Shown: positions 15,462-23,975 of the stretch, one piece after another
How positions within the stretch are numbered: position 1 is the first letter of the stretch
Layout of the letters: every line of letters begins with the position of its first letter
Source: Bacillota bacterium
GTDB taxonomy: Bacteria > Bacillota > Clostridia > TANB77 > CAG-508
Length of the DNA stretch: 39,589 nucleotides
Assembly: GCA_963930325.1 (NCBI GenBank)
Contig: CAWVME010000138.1
Coordinates: 1-39,589 of the forward strand
Reading direction: 5' to 3'
Translations under genes and position numbers: made by a program
Notes under the pieces: generated by a model
Databases searched by the model: none
Seen by the model: only the letters and a program-made list of their open reading frames with translations
Told to the model about the DNA's origin: nothing

Positions 15462-17417
15462 ATGAAAAAAATACTAAATAAGGTATGTGTAATTGGATTA
15501 ATTATAACTATACTGTGCAATATTCTTTTGCCACAATATGCTTATGCAACTGACTCAAGTTCTACAACTCCAAGTAGTGGAGGGACAACCAGTTCTACAA
15601 TACAATTTGATAATGAAGCAATAAGTGCAGAGGAAGCAGATATGGTACCAGTTAGCATTCCAATACCGATTCTCGGAGGAGTAATTGAACTACTTTTAGA
15701 TGCAATAAAATTATTAATAGTATTACCGGGAATGATTATTAATGGTGTAAATAGTGGAATTGGTGGGATGGAAGGAAATGAGGGAGAAACCTTTATTTCT
15801 TTATATAATATTTTATTTAATCAATTAGGAATAACAGACATCAATATTCTAGAATTTTCTTGGGGAACGCAACAAAATGCAATAGATGCTAATAGTGATA
15901 GTGCGGTAGCGACAATAAGAAGAAATATTGCTTATTGGTATTATGGAATTAGAAATTTAGCAATAGTTATATTGCTTTGTGTACTTATTTATATTGGAAT
16001 TCGAATGGCAATATCAACTATTGCAGAAGATAGGGCACGATACAAGCAATTATTAATGTACTGGTTTACAGCAGTGGTCTTGGTATTTATTCTACATTAT
16101 ATTATTCTTATAACTATTAATGTAAATACTGCTTTGGTTTCCATAATAGAAACAGCAGCAGGAAGCTCTAACTATTCAGCCAATATGGAAGCATACAATG
16201 GACTTCTGCTAGAAAGGGCATTTGGACTTCAAGAGGGTGTTGGTTGGAAAATTATTAACACTTTAATTGGAAGAATGAATAATATACCAGCATCTTTTGG
16301 AGCAGCAATACTTTACACAATTCTTAATGGAATGACTTTTGCATTTTTAATGCTATACATAAGACGTATGATCATTTTGTCGTTTTTAATATTGATTGCA
16401 CCAATTATTACAATTACTTATCCAATAGATAAAGTAGGAGATGGAAAATCGCAAGCACTAAATACATGGCTTAAAGAATTTATGTTTACAGTTTTAATAC
16501 AACCATTCCACTGTTTAATTTTTGTAATATTTGTTTCAACCGCAATGAACTTACTAAATGGAACATTTGCAAGTACTATATTTGCAATTGTTACAGTTAC
16601 TTTCTTATTCCAAGCAGAAGGAATTGTAAAGAAAATATTTGGATTCCAACAAGCAAGTACATTGGGAGATGCTATTAAATCTGCAGCAGCTATTACAGCA
16701 GGTACAAATTTGGTTAAAGGTATTGCATCTAAAGCTGGTAGTTCAATGAAAACAGGAAGCTCTGGCTCAACAAGTTCTAATACAAGCTCTGCTAATTCAG
16801 GGGCTTCGGGCTCAGGAGGAAGCAACTCAGGAGGAACGAGTACTAATGGAACTGCTTCGACTGGATCTGGCTCAGGGGGAACAGGTTCTGGAAATTCCGG
16901 AACAGGAACTTCTAATTCAGGTGGAAGAGTAAAAACATGGCTACGAGCACACCCAAAAACATCAAAAGCATTGAAGACAGGACTAAAAGGATATGCAAAA
17001 GTTGGAAAATTTGCTTTTGCAGCAGGTGTAGCTTCTCTAGGAGCTGGTACAGGAAACTTTATGCAAACTACAACTGCAGCTATAGGTGTAAATGAAGCAA
17101 TCAATTCAGTTGGCAATGGAATGAGAGCAAGAAGATATGCTAAAAACTTAAATAATGATTTGTATCTAGCAGGAAATGAATATGATGCAAGAGTACAAGC
17201 CTTAATAGATAGTGGCTTATCGCAAAATCAAGCTCATGCACAATTAAAGGCAGATATTACACGATTAATACATACAGAAATTGGTAGAATTAGAAATACA
17301 GAACCTCAAAATGAACGTTTAGCTACTATTTTACATGAAGCAGTTACAAGAGCAGAACAATTAGGAAAAGAAAAACCAGAAGAATTTGTATTTAAACAAG
17401 TAACTGGAGGGAATTAA
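15462..17417 (+). CDS. VirB6-like polytopic membrane protein, paralog 3, with a Gly/Ser-rich linker and a basic C-terminal domain
   Basis: The 651-aa product has a signal peptide (...QYAYA/TDS). It carries GIRMAISTIAEDRARYKQ (15996-16049) and APIITITYPIDKVGDGKSQ. A 65-aa G/S/T/N tract lies at 16731-16925. Confidence 0.65.
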   Translation: MKKILNKVCVIGLIITILCNILLPQYAYATDSSSTTPSSGGTTSSTIQFDNEAISAEEADMVPVSIPIPILGGVIELLLDAIKLLIVLPGMIINGVNSGIGGMEGNEGETFISLYNILFNQLGITDINILEFSWGTQQNAIDANSDSAVATIRRNIAYWYYGIRNLAIVILLCVLIYIGIRMAISTIAEDRARYKQLLMYWFTAVVLVFILHYIILITINVNTALVSIIETAAGSSNYSANMEAYNGLLLERAFGLQEGVGWKIINTLIGRMNNIPASFGAAILYTILNGMTFAFLMLYIRRMIILSFLILIAPIITITYPIDKVGDGKSQALNTWLKEFMFTVLIQPFHCLIFVIFVSTAMNLLNGTFASTIFAIVTVTFLFQAEGIVKKIFGFQQASTLGDAIKSAAAITAGTNLVKGIASKAGSSMKTGSSGSTSSNTSSANSGASGSGGSNSGGTSTNGTASTGSGSGGTGSGNSGTGTSNSGGRVKTWLRAHPKTSKALKTGLKGYAKVGKFAFAAGVASLGAGTGNFMQTTTAAIGVNEAINSVGNGMRARRYAKNLNNDLYLAGNEYDARVQALIDSGLSQNQAHAQLKADITRLIHTEIGRIRNTEPQNERLATILHEAVTRAEQLGKEKPEEFVFKQVTGGN

Positions 17418-17437
17418 ACTATAAAGGAGGGAAAAAG

Positions 17438-17962
17438 GTGAAAAATAAGAAAAAAGCAATTATTGTAATTATTCTAATTTGTTTATTGCTACTTAGTGTG
17501 ATATTTAGTATTTTAGTTGCTATAAAAAATAGTTCAATAAATGCACAAGGAACAATCGGAAATGAATTAGAATTAGGCTGGAGAACAGATGAACAACTAG
17601 CAGAAGCAGAAATAGTACAATTGAAAAATATGACAGAAAAGAAAAGAATGCAAACTTATTTTTCAAAATATCTCTCATACATGGAAGAAGGAAAATATGA
17701 ACAGGCTTATAATTTATTATATGATGAATTTAAACAAAATTATTTTCCAACAATAGAAGAATATATAGAATATGTGGAAAAAACATATCCAAAAATGCTA
17801 TTAGTAAATTATGAAAACATGGAAAGACAAGGAAAATATTTTATTATAGATACAACAATAACAGGAGTAAACGAGCAAGGAGAAACTGCAAAAATAGAGC
17901 AAAAATTTATTGTATATGAAAAAGACTATAATGACTTTATGATGTCCTTTAATGTAATTTAA
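17438..17962 (+). CDS. N-terminally anchored exported protein; NTF2-like / VirB8-TcpC-like candidate
   Basis: GTG start 6 nt after AAGGAGGG. The 174-aa product has one TM helix, then YLSYMEEGKYEQAYNLLYDEFKQNYFPTIEEYIEYVEKTYP. This block is paralogous to one in the next gene. Confidence 0.45.
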   Translation: MKNKKKAIIVIILICLLLLSVIFSILVAIKNSSINAQGTIGNELELGWRTDEQLAEAEIVQLKNMTEKKRMQTYFSKYLSYMEEGKYEQAYNLLYDEFKQNYFPTIEEYIEYVEKTYPKMLLVNYENMERQGKYFIIDTTITGVNEQGETAKIEQKFIVYEKDYNDFMMSFNVI

Positions 17963-17975
17963 ATGGAGGAATACA

Positions 17976-18923
17976 ATGGGAACAAATTTGAAAATAAAAA
18001 TACATAATTTTATAAGAAAATACAAAAGGTGGATATTTGTTATTCTTATTGCTTGGGGACTAGTTGTTGTTATTAATTACATTATTAAAAATCATGACTT
18101 TAAAGAAACTCCGAGTACTACATATGAACCACACACACCTATTATGGGAGGAAATACAGATGTAAATGAAAGAACAGAAGAGTCTATTTCTAATATTATT
18201 GATGAATTCGTAAAATACTGTAATGAAAAAGAATATGAAAAAGCATATGCCTTATTAAGTACAGACTGTAAAGAAAATGTATATCCAAGAATAGAAACTT
18301 TTGAAGAATATGTGGATAGACTATTTCCAACTAAAAAGGTATATACAATACAAAATTATTACAATAGTGATAATGATTACGTATATCGTTTAAGAATTTT
18401 TGATGATATTTTAGCTACAGGATTAACAGGAGAAGAAAAATTAAGCTATGTAACTGAGATTATCACTCTAAAAGTGGAACAGGGAGATTTAGTGTTATCT
18501 GTTAATGGATATATTGGAAAAGATATATTAGAATCAGTTTATGAAGACAAATATATAAAAATTACAGTAAAAAGCAGAGAAAAAACTTATGAAACAGAAA
18601 CTTATGAGGTGTTATTTAGTAACAAAACAGAGTACCGAATTGCTGTAATTGACCAAAACCCCATGAATGAAGTTCTATTAAAATTAAATATAGGTAAAAG
18701 AAATGCAAAAGGATTTTCAAACTCTAACTTAATTTTGGCACCAGGAGAGAGCAGAACAGTATATTTTAATTTCAGCAGATATTATCATGAAACAGATTTA
18801 CCAAAAGGATTGGAATTTAACAATATAAAAGTATTAAGAACATATCCACCAGTTTATGATGAAAATGGAGATGTAGTAGATGCAATTGACCAATACGGAA
18901 TAGAATTAAATTTTGAAAAATAA
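17976..18923 (+). CDS. N-terminally anchored exported protein with a longer (possibly two-part) ectodomain; VirB8-TcpC-like candidate
   Basis: RBS TGGAGGA. The 315-aa product has one TM helix, then FVKYCNEKEYEKAYALLSTDCKENVYPRIETFEEYVDRLFP, followed by about 170 further beta-rich-looking residues. Confidence 0.45.
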   Translation: MGTNLKIKIHNFIRKYKRWIFVILIAWGLVVVINYIIKNHDFKETPSTTYEPHTPIMGGNTDVNERTEESISNIIDEFVKYCNEKEYEKAYALLSTDCKENVYPRIETFEEYVDRLFPTKKVYTIQNYYNSDNDYVYRLRIFDDILATGLTGEEKLSYVTEIITLKVEQGDLVLSVNGYIGKDILESVYEDKYIKITVKSREKTYETETYEVLFSNKTEYRIAVIDQNPMNEVLLKLNIGKRNAKGFSNSNLILAPGESRTVYFNFSRYYHETDLPKGLEFNNIKVLRTYPPVYDENGDVVDAIDQYGIELNFEK

Positions 18924-18950
18924 GAACTATGAGAAAAAGAAGGTGAGAAG

Positions 18951-21900
18951 ATGGATGAAGAAAACAAAGAATTAAATGAGGAAGACATTAATCAAGAAGA
19001 AAAGGAACAATCAGAACAAGAAGAAACAGAACAAGAAGAACAAAATCAGGAAGAAACTCAAAAACCTAGTTCTGGAAGTAATGGCGCAAATAGTAGTAGT
19101 CCATCTGCCAGAGAAAGGATAAAACGAACACAAGAGCAAATAAAGAAACAATCAAGGGCAGAAGTACAAAAGAAAATAAAAAAAGAGATGCAAAAGAAAA
19201 TAAAAAAAGAGACAGAAAAAAGAATAGCAAAAGAAGCAGCAAAAAAGGCGGCAGTTGAAGCAGCTAAAAAAGAAGCTGCTAAAGCAGCAGCCAAAGCAGC
19301 AGCAGCAGAGGCGGCTAAAGCAGCAGCTGCTACCACAGCAAAAGCAGCAGCAACTACCGCAGCAGCAGCCACAGCAGGAACGGGAGGCGGTTGTGCTATT
19401 GGTTGTGCTGTTGCAATAGTAATTATAGTAATTATTATATTAATTATAGGTTCAAATTCATTTTTTAGTAATATGCCTGACTCCATAATTGGAAAAATAA
19501 CAGAATGGTGGGATGACACTTGGAGAGAAACAAAAGTATATTGGGCAGAGAGTGTTTCAGAAGAACTAGCAAAAGAAAGATTGGAAAGTACAGCACAATA
19601 TGTAGAAAATATGGGGTATGATTTAGCAGGATATGGCTTTTTAGACCCAGGAGAAGTAGAAGAAGATGAAGGAAAAAAAGTTGACTACAAATATATAGAA
19701 GTAGATGTAGATAGCAATGGTATTCTCTATTATGGAGGTATAAAGATAGTAGGTACATCAATAATTGGACAAGATTTACAATGGTCAATAAGTAGAGAAA
19801 ATTTAGGAAAAATCCTACCAGGAGTAGACCCAGGAGACGAATCAGCTAATATGATGGTTTTTAATACTACATTTAATCAAAGCGTTATAGAAGCAATTTT
19901 TGGACTAAAAACTAAACCATCATATGCAGTAATACGAGTTAGAATTGTTGAAGATAATGAAGGAAATAAAAAGATTGAGCCGGGAGAAGATGATGGTGCA
20001 TCTTTACATACTGTTTTGGAAAAAGATGAGAATGGAAATATTATTTATGCAGATAGTAGAGTATTATTGTCCTATCTTGCAGCAGAAGAAAGAACATATA
20101 TGTTTAAAGGGCAATATTGGAATATTCATGACTGGTGGGAAGGAAGCTTTTGGGACAAATTAGATATATTTAACTTCGTAAAAGACGTAGAAGAAGATAG
20201 AGAAGGAATGATTGAATTTGAACAAAGTGTCTTAGATGAATATGAGGAGTATAGTAATACTAATATACTAGATGAAAATGGTGAAGAAGAAGCATTAAAC
20301 CTAACAATAGATCGTGCAAATAGAATATTTTCAGTACCTTATATAGAAAGAAATGTCAACCTTTTTCCTATAAAATTTGGAGAATATAATTATGATTTAG
20401 TTGGATGGACAGGAAAGTATGGCAAACCAATTGAGTTTTCATTAGCCATGCATTTATCTACTATGTCACCGGATTTTACATATAAATTTGTAACAGATGA
20501 AGAATTAGAAAGTGTGGTTAGTATAAAGTTTGCAAAAATTCCATCTTCAAGAAGGCTATTGAGAGATGGAGCAGATGCACAAGAAGCTGAAGGACAAAGA
20601 CTACTAGAACAACTAGAGCAAAGAATAAGTGAAATAGAGGGATATAAAGAGAAAATAGAAAAAAACAATACGGATATAGAGGGATATAGAAATGAGATAG
20701 CAGACTTAGAAGCAGAAATGGAAAATGGACAGCCTCTTGCCAATAGTTTCATAGTGCAAGAAAAAAACTCATACGAGGAAGCCATTTCAGAACTTAGAGC
20801 AGAAAATTTTAAAATGCAAGAAATGATAGATTTCTTAGAGTCAGAAGAGATACAAAGTGCAATTGAAGTGGCAAGAGAATGTTTTTCTACCAATATTTTA
20901 AATGAAAATCAAAGATCTAAGCTAAAAGATATTATTTATGGGGGACAAAGTTGGATAACTGGAAGTAGATCAGGTGGACTAAATGATAAATTAGAAATGG
21001 AATTAGAATTAGAGGAATTTATCGGAATTTGTACATATAATGATCATTACAGTAGTGTCCAAATAAATGTACCATATATATCAGAAGTGACAAACCACTG
21101 GTATAGAAATTTATATTTTGGAACAGTCAACAGTGGAGCTGGATATGTAGTAAAAACAGATGCAAGTGGAGCTGCTACAGAAATAACAGACAGAGATGCT
21201 TTAATACAAATATTAAAATCTTATAGTAATACAGAAGCAGCTAACCGAATGGAAAAATATGTAGATATTATATTAGAAATACAGGAAGAATATAAAGTAA
21301 ATGCTTTGTTTACAGCAGCTGTTGGAATTATAGAATCTAGGTGGGGAACTGCAAGTAATGAAAACTTAAATAGTAGAAATAACTGGTTTAGTATTTCTGG
21401 AAAACAAGGGAACTATTGGACAAGACCAAGTGATGGACAAACATTTAATGAATATTCTTCGCCAGAAGAAGGAATTCGAGCATTTGGAAGACTGATTGGA
21501 GATATAGGAGCAGGAGGAGCTAGTGATAATTATTATTTTGGAAAAGGTAATATAACAGTAGGAGCAATTGCAGAACACTACTGCAACACTGATTGGGGCG
21601 AAAAAGTAAATAAACAAATGCAAGCTTTTTATAAATATGCAGAAGAAAATAATTTGATTGAAGGAAATACGACTACTATAGACGATACAGATGATACAGA
21701 AGAAGATTTTTCTGCTTATGAATTAGACTATAGTTTAGCTGAAACTTATGAAACTTCGGTTGTAGTACAGAAAACTTATGATGCATACGATGGAGAAGTA
21801 ACAGAAGTAGATGGTTGTGGACTATCTGCAGATGATTATACAGTACAAGTAACAATTCCATATGGTATTAAACAAGTATCTGAGCCAAAGGTATATGACA

Positions 21901-23960
21901 ACTCTAAAAGAGTAAAAGAATTATTAGGTGTAACAGATTATGATTTAAAAGAACTATATAATGAAGAATTACAAGAAATTGTTGAACAAGAATTGGAAGA
22001 AACTGGAGTAGAGTTAGAAGAGGATGAAGCTTGGCTAAGATTATCAGATACATATAAAGAAAGAGCCCAATATTATATTTTTGATGGAAGTGGTAGATCA
22101 GAAGAAAAACAAAACATTTCTCCAACCAAAAGTTCTATTACAGCAATGGCAATTTTAGAGAATGTTCATACAGAAGATGCTGCACACATTTTAAAAGATT
22201 TTAAAGAATTATTTAATGATATTGGATTTGAAGTAGAATTAGAAGAAGATATATCATCAACAGAAAAAAATCAATCTTTAAAATGGATATTTAAAGATTA
22301 TGTACCAGGGTATGATTGGCCATTAAAAGATGAAATTCCAGTATTAGAAGATGACAGATCAACTTATAGTTCAAGACCATTTGCTTATGTTGTAAAAAAC
22401 GGAAATCAATCCGAAGAAGACAGAAATGGTTTTACAGGAGGAGAAGAATTAGTTACACCAGGAAATTGTATAGTAAAGGATGTAGGACAAGATTATATTG
22501 TATTAGAGTTTGTAGATGTAACAAAAACAGAAAAGAAACAAGTAAGAGAATTTAAAAATGGGAAATATGAATTAGTAGAAGTAGAAGAAACCATGTACGA
22601 CAATGAAGTAAATGGAATGGTACTTTATGTATATGGATTAGATGTAGAAGAAGGAATAGAAAAGGATCAAAAACTAGAAGCAGAAACTAAAATAGGTACA
22701 GCAAATGCAGAGAAAAACTTAGAAATGGTTATGAAAGACCAATTGAATTCACCAGTTGTTGTATCTCAATACATATATCCACCAGAAATGACAGAAGTTA
22801 TATTTGACTTATCTGGATTAGAAGGATTAGCACTTGAAGTATGGACCAAATATTCAGCAGAAATAACGGAAATGGCAATTAAATATGGATTAGATCCATA
22901 TGCTATTATTGCAGTTATTTGTGTAGAATCTAGTGGACGTTTAGATCTTGATGATAATGGTATAGCTTATGGATTAATGCAATGTCATATGAAATATCAT
23001 GCAGTTAAAGATAAAGTATTAGTAGATGTCGATGGAAATAAAGAAACAAAGGATTGTTCACCTAGTGCAATGAAAGGAAATGCAAGCTTGCAAATAGAAT
23101 GTGGATGTCATGTACTTCGTAGTTATATATTCTATGATGATTGGACAGGTGGCAACTGGTTTAGAGGGTTAGGTGCATACAACAAAGGACCAAGCGGAAT
23201 AAAAAAACCAGGAGCTCTAGATAGATTTAGAAATGGATACTGGGGTAAAAAATATGGATTTGTAAATTTCTTTTATGGTGGAGAAGAAACCTGGGCTATT
23301 AAAAAAGAAGGTGGTAAATATTATCAAATATTTACTAATATAGAAACTGGAGAGATAACAAGAGAAGTAGAGGTAAGTTGGCCACCAGCAGGAGGACTTA
23401 AAGTTACTATCGGTGGAGGAAATCAGAATGCAGCAAATGGTGATGGATATACTACAACATATACTTCTACAGCAGGAAGAACTTTTAATGAATTTAAACA
23501 GAGTAGAGGAAGTTATAAAGGTCAGTTATATAGTGAAGGAACTATTTCAAGCTCTGGATGTGGACCAACTTCAGTAGCAATTGTACTAAGCGGATATGGA
23601 CAAAATGTAGATCCAGGAGATATTGCTAAAGCAATGGGTGGTGCACATAATGGAGGAACAAACGGATCAAACTTAGCGTCAGCTTTAAGGAGATATGGTC
23701 TTGGTGCAAGGCAAGTGAGTAGACCATCAGCTTCACAGATAAGGACACAGCTACAATCAGGTAAAGAAATCGTAGTATCAGTAGGATCAAGTCCAGATAG
23801 TAAATTTACTGGAAGTGGACATATTATGGCGATATTAGACATTAATAGCAATGATGAAGTATATATCTCAAATCCTAATCCACGTACATACAATGGTTGG
23901 ATACCATTAAATCAGTTTATTAAATATTGTTCTTATAAATATGCAGTTTTCGTAGAGTAA
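18951..23960 (+). CDS. Giant membrane-anchored multidomain peptidoglycan hydrolase (VirB1/PrgK/CwlT functional analogue)
   Basis: RBS AAGGTGAG. The product is 1669 aa. The charged, Ala-rich cytoplasmic N terminus leads to a TM helix at about 19381-19455. The GH73 glucosaminidase-like block is ALFTAAVGIIESRWGTAS...NWFSISG (about 21280-21640). A His-less LytM-like block lies at about 22425-22705. The SLT block is AIIAVICVESSG...AYGLMQ (Glu codon 22926-22928). The C39-like peptidase has SSGCGPTSVAIVLSGYG (Cys codon 23559-23561) and GSGHIMAIL. Confidence 0.8.
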   Translation: MDEENKELNEEDINQEEKEQSEQEETEQEEQNQEETQKPSSGSNGANSSSPSARERIKRTQEQIKKQSRAEVQKKIKKEMQKKIKKETEKRIAKEAAKKAAVEAAKKEAAKAAAKAAAAEAAKAAAATTAKAAATTAAAATAGTGGGCAIGCAVAIVIIVIIILIIGSNSFFSNMPDSIIGKITEWWDDTWRETKVYWAESVSEELAKERLESTAQYVENMGYDLAGYGFLDPGEVEEDEGKKVDYKYIEVDVDSNGILYYGGIKIVGTSIIGQDLQWSISRENLGKILPGVDPGDESANMMVFNTTFNQSVIEAIFGLKTKPSYAVIRVRIVEDNEGNKKIEPGEDDGASLHTVLEKDENGNIIYADSRVLLSYLAAEERTYMFKGQYWNIHDWWEGSFWDKLDIFNFVKDVEEDREGMIEFEQSVLDEYEEYSNTNILDENGEEEALNLTIDRANRIFSVPYIERNVNLFPIKFGEYNYDLVGWTGKYGKPIEFSLAMHLSTMSPDFTYKFVTDEELESVVSIKFAKIPSSRRLLRDGADAQEAEGQRLLEQLEQRISEIEGYKEKIEKNNTDIEGYRNEIADLEAEMENGQPLANSFIVQEKNSYEEAISELRAENFKMQEMIDFLESEEIQSAIEVARECFSTNILNENQRSKLKDIIYGGQSWITGSRSGGLNDKLEMELELEEFIGICTYNDHYSSVQINVPYISEVTNHWYRNLYFGTVNSGAGYVVKTDASGAATEITDRDALIQILKSYSNTEAANRMEKYVDIILEIQEEYKVNALFTAAVGIIESRWGTASNENLNSRNNWFSISGKQGNYWTRPSDGQTFNEYSSPEEGIRAFGRLIGDIGAGGASDNYYFGKGNITVGAIAEHYCNTDWGEKVNKQMQAFYKYAEENNLIEGNTTTIDDTDDTEEDFSAYELDYSLAETYETSVVVQKTYDAYDGEVTEVDGCGLSADDYTVQVTIPYGIKQVSEPKVYDNSKRVKELLGVTDYDLKELYNEELQEIVEQELEETGVELEEDEAWLRLSDTYKERAQYYIFDGSGRSEEKQNISPTKSSITAMAILENVHTEDAAHILKDFKELFNDIGFEVELEEDISSTEKNQSLKWIFKDYVPGYDWPLKDEIPVLEDDRSTYSSRPFAYVVKNGNQSEEDRNGFTGGEELVTPGNCIVKDVGQDYIVLEFVDVTKTEKKQVREFKNGKYELVEVEETMYDNEVNGMVLYVYGLDVEEGIEKDQKLEAETKIGTANAEKNLEMVMKDQLNSPVVVSQYIYPPEMTEVIFDLSGLEGLALEVWTKYSAEITEMAIKYGLDPYAIIAVICVESSGRLDLDDNGIAYGLMQCHMKYHAVKDKVLVDVDGNKETKDCSPSAMKGNASLQIECGCHVLRSYIFYDDWTGGNWFRGLGAYNKGPSGIKKPGALDRFRNGYWGKKYGFVNFFYGGEETWAIKKEGGKYYQIFTNIETGEITREVEVSWPPAGGLKVTIGGGNQNAANGDGYTTTYTSTAGRTFNEFKQSRGSYKGQLYSEGTISSSGCGPTSVAIVLSGYGQNVDPGDIAKAMGGAHNGGTNGSNLASALRRYGLGARQVSRPSASQIRTQLQSGKEIVVSVGSSPDSKFTGSGHIMAILDINSNDEVYISNPNPRTYNGWIPLNQFIKYCSYKYAVFVE

Positions 23961-23975
23961 AAAAGAGGTGATATT

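Noticed and set aside
16418-17116. 232-aa minus-strand ORF rich in Pro/Glu/Val
   Set aside because: It is the antisense reading of the Gly/Ser codon tract of the 15462-17417 gene, so it is a compositional artefact.
19058-19519. 153-aa minus-strand ORF with poly-Ala
   Set aside because: It is the reverse complement of the GCN-rich Ala/Lys tract of the 18951 gene. GCN read in antisense again gives Ala-rich text. It has no independent signals.
19945-20163. 72-aa + strand ORF in an alternative frame inside the hydrolase gene
   Set aside because: It is nested out of frame in a continuous 1669-codon ORF. It has no RBS, and its translation is Met/Lys-rich noise.
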